Shown here: positions 45,714 to 52,710 of the stretch, in pieces
Layout: each line of letters begins with the position of its first letter
How positions within the stretch are numbered: the stretch's first letter is position 1
Source of the DNA: a virus
Lineage: Duplodnaviria > Caudoviricetes
DNA length: 57,265 bases
Reading direction: 5' to 3' (one strand)
IMG/VR virus record: IMGVR_UViG_3300015189_000005
Coordinates: 1-57,265 of that record
The notes under the pieces: model-generated
The model's database searches: none
Seen by the model: the letters and a program-made list of their open reading frames with translations, nothing else
What the model was told of the DNA's origin: nothing
Position numbers and translations under genes: made by a program

Positions 45714-46465
45714 TCAGGGTTCAATCGAATGCACCGAAGTGAACGCGCCTCCGGGATTAAACCGGAGGCCCATCACCGAAATACTGCCCGGGGAAGCCGT
45801 AAATTCCAGACTTCCCCGTCTCCCCGCAGTATCCGCGTATTTCTCCGGCAGTGAGAACACCAGTTTCGACGACCGACCAACCGTGAACTGATCGAGCCCC
45901 GTCCGGCGGCCTTGCTCATCGCGGATCGCAACCGTGATCGTGGCGGTGGTGAAACTGCTGCTGTTCACCAGAGCCACGCCGGTTGAATATCCCGCCGCAT
46001 TGTCATACCAGAGCACCGACCGCGAGCTACTGGACGATGACAACAGCGTAGTCGCCTCGAAGTCCGGACGCCCTTCCACGCGCTGCGTGAAGGTGACATA
46101 CCCTCCAATATCGGGACAGCACGGCAACGTCACGTAGGCCCAGCCCTGAGCCAGCGCGCCGGTGTCCTGTGTGGTCAGTGAGGCCGTACCTCTCGGAGGA
46201 ATCACCGCAGTTGCTGACTCCGCCGGTGCGGCGCCGTTGACCGAAATCCGCCAGGGCGCTCCGTCCGCCGCAAAGAATCGCACAGGGATTCTCAGCTCAG
46301 TATCCTCAACGCTTACCAGCGTGATTGTGGTTCGCCAGCCGCCTCCCCGGCCACAACCTGAGGCGCGATTTCATCAAAGCTCGATGTCCGGACGGACTTC
46401 GATTTCTGCGGCAAAACGGCCGCCATTGTCGCGAGCATCAAGCCCGCCAGTTTCATTCCCCGCAT
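45714..46465 (-). CDS. Secreted beta-sandwich protein (moron-like), frameshift in the C run at 46345-46348
   Basis: GGAGG SD before ATG 46465; signal peptide; IAPQVVAG / GGWRTTITLV joins ORF 45714-46283 (YDNAAGYSTGVALVN, MGLRFNPGGAFTS). Confidence 0.72.
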
Positions 46466-46490
46466 CTTCAGTCCCTCCCCAATTCCGCCC

Positions 46491-46730
46491 TCATATCGCA
46501 CGATCCCTGCTGATTACACAGGCTGATGCCCCGAGCAGGTTCAGCGCATCCTCATCGACCTGGCCCTGCTGTAAGGCATCCAGCAGGTCAGCTCGCTCTC
46601 GCAGTATTTCCGCCTCGTTTTGCAGGTAGCTTCTCACCCACTCGGCGCTTATCCTCCGCTTCTTCTCCGCTTTGTGCGGACAATCGGTGTGGCAGTTTCG
46701 GCAACGGATCTCGACTATTCTGCTGCTCAT
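46491..46730 (-). CDS. Small Cys-motif protein
   Basis: MSSRIVEIRCRNCHTDCPH; overlaps the low-complexity tail of the upstream gene. Confidence 0.5.
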   Translation of the reverse strand: MSSRIVEIRCRNCHTDCPHKAEKKRRISAEWVRSYLQNEAEILRERADLLDALQQGQVDEDALNLLGASACVISRDRAI

Positions 46731-47034
46731 TGTCGTTGTTTGTAGTGGCAAGGATTTCGGAAACAGCGTCCAGTAATATCGCGACACGGTCCCCTCCCGC
46801 AACCTCTACCAGACGTTTGACGCTTTCGGCGAGCGATTTGCCTCCGGCCTCCGTCAATTCCCGGAGAAACTCCCCCGGCACCCTCTGTCCGGCGGCGTAT
46901 CTGGCCTGCCACTGGATGAATGCCTCGCCGATGATCTCTTCCATGTCGAGGTCGAGGTCGGCGGCTGCCATGCGCAACTGCCTGCGGAGGCTCGCCGGGA
47001 ACCTCACTGTAGCGCGTTTCTCTGCTGCTTCCAT
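46588..47034 (-). CDS. Ribbon-helix-helix regulator, candidate immunity repressor
   Basis: KRATVRFPASLRRQLRMAAA...MEEIIGEAFIQW (RHH pattern); AAAGGGGA SD; divergent orientation. Confidence 0.7.
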   Translation of the reverse strand: MEAAEKRATVRFPASLRRQLRMAAADLDLDMEEIIGEAFIQWQARYAAGQRVPGEFLRELTEAGGKSLAESVKRLVEVAGGDRVAILLDAVSEILATTNNDNEQQNSRDPLPKLPHRLSAQSGEEAEDKRRVGEKLPAKRGGNTARAS

Positions 47035-47101
47035 TCGATCTATCCCCTTTCTTTTCTGTCGGTTGCTGCGATGGGGCGTGCTCATTTCCCCAACCGTTTA
47101 A

Positions 47102-47123
47102 GCGCATTGAAATTTCAATGCGC
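47102..47123. promoter_or_regulatory. Perfect 22-bp palindrome, candidate operator
   Basis: GCGCATTGAAATTTCAATGCGC; near copy CGCATTGGAATTTCAA at 47217-47232. Confidence 0.75.
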
Positions 47124-47141
47124 AGACATTTCTAAATGCTG

Positions 47142-47171
47142 TTGACATTTTCATGCTGATATCTGCATAAT
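47142..47171 (+). promoter_or_regulatory. Rightward early promoter with operator TGCTGATATCTGCA (47154-47167)
   Basis: TTGACA-18 nt-CATAAT; ATG at 47178 lies about at the predicted start site, so the transcript may be leaderless. Confidence 0.75.
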
Positions 47172-47177
47172 GCCGAT

Positions 47178-47420
47178 ATGGCAAACACTACAAGAACGCC
47201 ACATGCAAAATTATCACGCATTGGAATTTCAAACGGAACCAGTGCGCAACGGAAGATCAACCGCGAAGCCGGGTTCTCGCAGACCACGGTGGTCCTGCCG
47301 ACAAAGCTCTGCGCCGCCCTGAAGGCGCGGGCCACGATGAAAAACCGGAACCTGCGCGAGTACCTGCTGGATGTACTGCAGGATCATCACACCTCCACCC
47401 CGATGCCGGAGTTGGGGTAA
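47178..47420 (+). CDS. Ribbon-helix-helix regulator in the Cro position
   Basis: QTTVVLPTKLCAALKARA...NLREYLLDVL. Confidence 0.7.
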   Translation: MANTTRTPHAKLSRIGISNGTSAQRKINREAGFSQTTVVLPTKLCAALKARATMKNRNLREYLLDVLQDHHTSTPMPELG

Positions 47421-47446
47421 ACAAACGGTCATCGGGAAAACAGGTT

Positions 47447-47755
47447 ATGCCGAAATCGTCACTGCGTGCAAACCGAAGTCCACAATGCACTGAAATTGCA
47501 AGCATTTTGCCGTGTCCAGCGGTTCAGGCCGACATCGCAAGCGCTGCTCACGAGCTGGCTGCTGACCCGGCGTTCCATGGCGAAATCTCAAAAACGCTCT
47601 CGCGCCGGTTCAGCATGCCGGAGAAGGTGATTGATCGCGTCGTTGCCCTTCGCGGCCAGGCATTCGAGCGCGGGTACAACGCGCAGCGGACCGGGATGCT
47701 CAACGCGATGGCTATCGGCGGATGCGTGGTTCAGAACTCTCTGAGGGGGAGATAA
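47447..47755 (+). CDS. Hypothetical protein
   Basis: ORF in the early operon. Confidence 0.6.
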   Translation: MPKSSLRANRSPQCTEIASILPCPAVQADIASAAHELAADPAFHGEISKTLSRRFSMPEKVIDRVVALRGQAFERGYNAQRTGMLNAMAIGGCVVQNSLRGR

Positions 47756-47761
47756 GGGGAA

Positions 47762-48904
47762 ATGGAAACACAAGAGCTTGCCGTTCGCCAGAACAGCAAC
47801 ATCGCCGCAACTCGCCAGGAGTTTGGCGCGACCGAGATTCAGATGGGTCACGAGACCGCAGCCTCGGCCGTTGCGGCTCGCGAAGCTGCTGCCGTGCAGG
47901 CCCGGTACGTGATGGCCATGCAGCGGCCCCGGAACGTTGAGCAGTGCCGAAGCCGGCTGCTGAATATGTGCCTGAAGCCGGGCTTCGCTACCAAAGTTGA
48001 ATACGCGAAGCCTGCTGGTAAAAAGTGGGTAAACGGGAAAGAAGAAGCTCAGTTCATCACCGGAGCCAGCATCCGCTTCGTCGAGACTGCGCTGCAGTGC
48101 TTCGGGAACGTGCTCCCGCAGACGGCCACGGTATTCGACGGGCCCCGGGCGCGCATCTGCCGGGTGTCGGTCACTGATCTCGAAGTGAACATCACCTACG
48201 AAATGGAGGTGTTGATCGAGAAGACCGTCGAGCGCAAGGGGTATGAGAAGCCGAAAGGCTCGGGCAAGTATGAGCCGCCGCAGGGTCGGGAGATCATCGC
48301 CGAACGCCTGAATTCCTACGGCGAACCGGTGTTCATCGTCGTCGCCACCGACGACGAAATTACCCTCAAGCAGAACTCCGCAATCTCAAAGGCTCTCCGC
48401 ACTCAAGGGCTTCGGATCCTGCCCTGGGACATCGTTGACGAAGCCATCCTGACCGCGCGGCAGACCATGCGCGACCGCGATGCGAAAGACCCCGACGCGG
48501 CCAAACGCGAACTGCTGGACTACTTCGCCGCCCTCGGAGTGGAGCCGGTCGACATCGAGAGCTACCTGAGCAAGTCGATCTCGAAGCCCCTGCTCCCCGC
48601 CGAGATTGCCGCACTCCGCAAGGTCTACGCGGCCATCCGTGATGGCGAGGCCACATGGGCCGACATCATGGCTCAGAAGGACCCTGAGGGCTCCGATGAG
48701 CTGCAGGCCGAGATCGCCAAACGCAAAGCCGCGGAGTATGCTGCCGCTGTCGCCGCTGGCACGATTCCGGCAATGACCTCCGCGTCTGCAACCACAGCAA
48801 CCGGCTCGGCCGCCGCAGCTACAACCACTGACACAGCCACCACGGCCGCCCAGACAGCGCCGCGCATGGCCGAGAAGCTCCAGTTCGGGAGGAAGCAATC
48901 GTGA
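47762..48904 (+). CDS. Putative ssDNA-annealing/recombination protein
   Basis: VQAR...A.QRPRN, GASIRF.E, FGN, DLEVN and SKALR...LRILP motifs; low-complexity tail; lies before an SMC-like ATPase. Confidence 0.5.
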   Translation: METQELAVRQNSNIAATRQEFGATEIQMGHETAASAVAAREAAAVQARYVMAMQRPRNVEQCRSRLLNMCLKPGFATKVEYAKPAGKKWVNGKEEAQFITGASIRFVETALQCFGNVLPQTATVFDGPRARICRVSVTDLEVNITYEMEVLIEKTVERKGYEKPKGSGKYEPPQGREIIAERLNSYGEPVFIVVATDDEITLKQNSAISKALRTQGLRILPWDIVDEAILTARQTMRDRDAKDPDAAKRELLDYFAALGVEPVDIESYLSKSISKPLLPAEIAALRKVYAAIRDGEATWADIMAQKDPEGSDELQAEIAKRKAAEYAAAVAAGTIPAMTSASATTATGSAAAATTTDTATTAAQTAPRMAEKLQFGRKQS

Positions 48905-50316
48905 AGCTCGCTTCCATCACCCTGAAGAACACCGGCATCATCCAGTCGCTGTTTCTGCCGTGCATTTCCCCTGACGGCTCCGATGGTTCGGTGGTGCTCA
49001 TCTCCGGCGCAAACGCCACGGGCAAGAGCACCATCCTGAATGCGGTCGCCACGATGTTCGAGGGCGGCTCGAACCCCGACCTCATCGGGCCCGCCGGTGA
49101 TGAATATGTGATCGAGATCGTATTCGACAACGGCTGGCGGTTCACGCGCACGGAGTCGGCATCAGGCTACGAGCTGAAGGGCTTCTACCCTGAGGGCGGG
49201 AAGATCAACAGCCCGGCCACCACGCTGAAGAAGCTCATGGCTGACCCGAACGCCTTCAGCCCCACCGGGCTGGTGGACGCGGCCCCGAAGGATCGCGCGA
49301 AGTTCCTTCAGGCCGCAATCCCGATGGAGTTCACTGAGCGCGAGATCCGGGAAGCTGCCGCCGGAGCGCTGGCGGGCGCCGCACTGCCCAAGGTGATGGA
49401 TGCCACCCGGTTCGCGTCTCTGCGCGAAGGCATGTACGATCAGCGCCGCGAGATCAATGTCCGGCTTACCCAGCTCCGGGCCACCCGCCGCACTCTGGCT
49501 GAATCTCTGCCGGAAGGCGATCCGATGCGGTTCGCCAAACGCGCCTACGATGCCGCCACGGGCGCGGAGATCAAGCCGGAGACTCCAGCCATCTCCGAGG
49601 TGGAGGACCTCAAGGAACAACTGGAGAGCGCCAAGAAGCTGCTCGCCAGAACGCTGGAAGGTTGGCGCGGTGATGCTCAGGTGCTCCGCGACGGAATCAC
49701 GCAAGCCGAGCAGGCGGAGATCGAAGCCATCCGGCGCGATGCCGAGGTTCGCATGGAAGCCGTCCGTGCCGCGAAACAGATCGAGCGCGACGAACTGCAG
49801 GTGAAGTACGAATCGACCGTAGCGGAGATGCGCGGACCCTACGACGAAGATATCGAGGACATCACCAAGGAGCTTGCGGCGGCCGAGCAGCGGGCCTCTG
49901 ATGAGCGCCGCATGCAGGGTGTTCGAGATTCCATCACGACGCTGGATGCCGAGATCGAGCAGAAAGACGCTGATGCTGTCCAGCGCGATGAAGCTGTCAA
50001 GGGCCTCGACGAGCTGAAGCGCAGGAAGCTCGATTCCTCGCCACTGCCGGGAGTGGAAGTCCGCGACGGCGTGATCTATTACGACGGGCTCAACTTCGAC
50101 ACCCAGCTGAACACCGCTCAGCAGTACCTGCTCAGCTTCCAGGTGGCCGCGCTAACCCGAGGCGAGCACGACCTTCGCCTGATGATCTTCGACCAGGCTG
50201 AGGCTCTCGATTCCGAGAATCGCGCCGCCTTCATCGACGGCATCAAGGCCGCTGGCTATCAGGTCCTGATGGCCGAGGTCGTCGACGGCAAGCCGCTCAT
50301 GGCGTGCGCCGTCTGA
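48901..50316 (+). CDS. SMC/Rad50-like ABC ATPase
   Basis: Walker A GANATGKST, long coiled coil, degenerate signature LNTAQQ and Walker B/D-loop IFDQAEALD. Confidence 0.82.
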   Translation: MKLASITLKNTGIIQSLFLPCISPDGSDGSVVLISGANATGKSTILNAVATMFEGGSNPDLIGPAGDEYVIEIVFDNGWRFTRTESASGYELKGFYPEGGKINSPATTLKKLMADPNAFSPTGLVDAAPKDRAKFLQAAIPMEFTEREIREAAAGALAGAALPKVMDATRFASLREGMYDQRREINVRLTQLRATRRTLAESLPEGDPMRFAKRAYDAATGAEIKPETPAISEVEDLKEQLESAKKLLARTLEGWRGDAQVLRDGITQAEQAEIEAIRRDAEVRMEAVRAAKQIERDELQVKYESTVAEMRGPYDEDIEDITKELAAAEQRASDERRMQGVRDSITTLDAEIEQKDADAVQRDEAVKGLDELKRRKLDSSPLPGVEVRDGVIYYDGLNFDTQLNTAQQYLLSFQVAALTRGEHDLRLMIFDQAEALDSENRAAFIDGIKAAGYQVLMAEVVDGKPLMACAV

Positions 50317-50348
50317 AGTTCCTGGCCGGACCCTGAAAAGGTCAACCT

Positions 50349-50385
50349 GGGCGGTGGTTTCCTCCGATCCCGCCGCCCGATTTTT
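50349..50385 (+). terminator. Probable intrinsic terminator
   Basis: GGGCGGTGG / CCGCCGCCC stem followed by GATTTTT. Confidence 0.6.
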
Positions 50386-50484
50386 CCCGCAGTCGGTTTC
50401 AATGAATGCCCTCAGATTACTCCAGAGGACATCCCTCGAAACGCGAATGAGCACCGGGTTTCAGAGCGTGAGCAAAAGGGGCAG

Positions 50485-50796
50485 ATGCAACAGCAGATCA
50501 CAAACAGAATCAGATGCGCGACGTGCGACGGCAACGGCCGGATCTGTTGCGTCTGCGGACAGCCCGGGCACAAATGCGGCTGCTATGCCGAGACGATCAT
50601 GCGGCCCTGTCCGGCATGCGACATCACGATCCGCGAGGCTGTCCGGTCACTTGGCAGAGAGTTCGCGATCTACGCACTCGTACTGATCGCCGCTGCTCTG
50701 TGTCTGGGGATTGCGCTCGGCGCGGGAAGCCGTCCGCATAACACCAACCTCACTACCACCACAACTTCAACCGGAGAAACAAAATCATGGAAATGA
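50485..50796 (+). CDS. Cys-rich Zn-finger protein with TM helix
   Basis: CATCDGNG..CCVC...C.C...CPAC, then IYALVLIAAALCLGIALG. Confidence 0.65.
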   Translation: MQQQITNRIRCATCDGNGRICCVCGQPGHKCGCYAETIMRPCPACDITIREAVRSLGREFAIYALVLIAAALCLGIALGAGSRPHNTNLTTTTTSTGETKSWK

Positions 50797-51647
50797 ATGG
50801 CGAACTGATGCAGTTCGATGGAACCCACATTGTCGGGTTCAACGTTACGCCAGCCGATGACGGCATTACCTCGGTGCTCATTCTAACCGCGAAGCTCACC
50901 CCGGATATCGCCGAGATGATGGGATGCCGCGCTTCGATTTTCGATCAGCACGGCCAGCTTCACCAGCGCATTACCAGAGCCGATCTGGGTGAATCGAAAC
51001 TGCGCGACATCGACGTCATCCTGCCCGCAGTGGGCACTACGTCGAGCGCCGAAGCCTACAGACCGGAGCTGGTTCACAAGTTCGTGTTCAACCGGATTGA
51101 GAACGAAAACGAGGGCGACGGGATGTCCGTCACGATGCGTTGCCGATTCAAGAATCGCGAGAACGATCTCCTTCGCCTGGTCCGCAAGATGCGGAAGAAG
51201 CCCTTCGAGTTCGCCATTCGTTCTCATCAGCAGGCCTTCGACTGGGCCGGAGCCATCGGAGGAACGCAGTCCGCGGCAACCACCGAGGGTGAAGAAGCTG
51301 AAGGCACCGAAGAGGTTCCGCCTCTGCTGGTGATTGCCGCCGCAACGTGCCGGTACTGCTCTGCGGGTGATTCGAAGAATGACGAAGGCAAGCATATGGC
51401 GGACGGCAAGCTCGTCGAGTGCGAGATCGATCACCCGCCTGCTGCTGAGGCTCCGGCTGAAACCATCAATGTCCATGGGCGCAAGCGCGGCAACGTGCTG
51501 GCGATGCCCGAGGGCGACAGCGGAGGACCGGCCATTGCGGATGCCCGCGACGTCGCCGGAAAGAAGCCTCGCCCGCAGCGAACGCGCGGTGAGATGGCGC
51601 CGCCGCCGGATGCTGCTCGCGCTGCTGACTCGGTATCGGTGCAGTAG
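50787..51647 (+). CDS. Hypothetical protein
   Basis: GGAG SD; 286-aa ORF. Confidence 0.7.
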   Translation: MEMNGELMQFDGTHIVGFNVTPADDGITSVLILTAKLTPDIAEMMGCRASIFDQHGQLHQRITRADLGESKLRDIDVILPAVGTTSSAEAYRPELVHKFVFNRIENENEGDGMSVTMRCRFKNRENDLLRLVRKMRKKPFEFAIRSHQQAFDWAGAIGGTQSAATTEGEEAEGTEEVPPLLVIAAATCRYCSAGDSKNDEGKHMADGKLVECEIDHPPAAEAPAETINVHGRKRGNVLAMPEGDSGGPAIADARDVAGKKPRPQRTRGEMAPPPDAARAADSVSVQ

Positions 51648-51649
51648 CC

Positions 51650-52240
51650 ATGATCCTGAGGTTCACCCTGCCTATCGTCCCCCGGACGAAAAAGACATCG
51701 AGCCAGATCGTCAGCTTCGGGAAGGCCTGCGGTGAGTGCGGCCGCCGGGAGTTCCAGAAGCTCGTGCCCTCGGAACAGTTCCTTGCCTTCGAGGCTTTGG
51801 CTGTTTCGATGGCATCCCCGATCCGGGCTGCAATCGAATCTTCAGGCAGGGTGATCCTTCCGGTGGTAGAGCCGGTATCGATCAAGGCCGAGATCTACCG
51901 CGACCGCGAGACGGGCGACTGGAACGGCTACACCGATGCCCTCGCGGACGTGCTCCAGGAGCCGATGTACAAGGGCTGCTGCGTGTGCGGCAAGGGCTGC
52001 GTGATCGGCCTGAGCGCGATGAATGCTGACGCGCCGAAGACCTGCAGCCAGTGCGGGCGAATAGATGGATCAAAGCGCTTCGTTGCACGCGATGGAAGGC
52101 AGTCCCGCAAGGGTCTCGGCATCATCGCCAACGATGCGCAAATACAAGACTGGGACGGTACCCGGCTGCGGAAAGATGCGAATGATCCACGCATCGAAAT
52201 CACGATAACGACGGTCACCATGGGGAGTTTATTCGCGTGA
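51650..52240 (+). CDS. RusA-like Holliday junction resolvase with Zn-ribbon insertions
   Basis: FTLP..PRTKK, GDWNGYTDALADVL, GIIANDAQI and DPRIEITI. Confidence 0.7.
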   Translation: MILRFTLPIVPRTKKTSSQIVSFGKACGECGRREFQKLVPSEQFLAFEALAVSMASPIRAAIESSGRVILPVVEPVSIKAEIYRDRETGDWNGYTDALADVLQEPMYKGCCVCGKGCVIGLSAMNADAPKTCSQCGRIDGSKRFVARDGRQSRKGLGIIANDAQIQDWDGTRLRKDANDPRIEITITTVTMGSLFA

Positions 52241-52707
52241 GCAAGAAGCCCAGAACATCGCTGTACATGGAAACGACAAGGATCTCGGCAAGCAAGACGG
52301 CCGCCGAGATCGAAGACATGCTCCGGCTCGCAGGGGCCCGCACGATCGCGAAGCAGTATGGTCCGGCCGGGGACATCACCGGAATGACATTTTCCCTGCT
52401 GATCGGCAATGCCGAGGTTCCGTTTGCTCTGCCGGTGCGGAGCTCGCTGCTGGTGGAGCGCCTCCGCGAGAACAAGTACGGCAAGCGCAACCCGGCGCTA
52501 TCGGTAATGCAGGGCCTCAGGGAACAGGCTGAGCGCGTGGCATGGAGGCAGATGCTGCGGTGGATTGAAGCGCAACTCGCGATGATCGACACCCGCATGG
52601 TGACAGCCTCCGAGGTCTTCCTTCCGTACGCGTGGGACGGCCGCAAGACCTTCCACCAGGCCATCAGTGAAGGCGGGTACCGGGCACTGCTCGGGGACGG
52701 CAAGTAA
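52237..52707 (+). CDS. Phage hypothetical protein
   Basis: EIE.ML...GA, PF.LP and QAERVAWR....W..AQ.A...EVFLPY. Confidence 0.75.
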   Translation: MSKKPRTSLYMETTRISASKTAAEIEDMLRLAGARTIAKQYGPAGDITGMTFSLLIGNAEVPFALPVRSSLLVERLRENKYGKRNPALSVMQGLREQAERVAWRQMLRWIEAQLAMIDTRMVTASEVFLPYAWDGRKTFHQAISEGGYRALLGDGK

Positions 52708-52710
52708 GCC

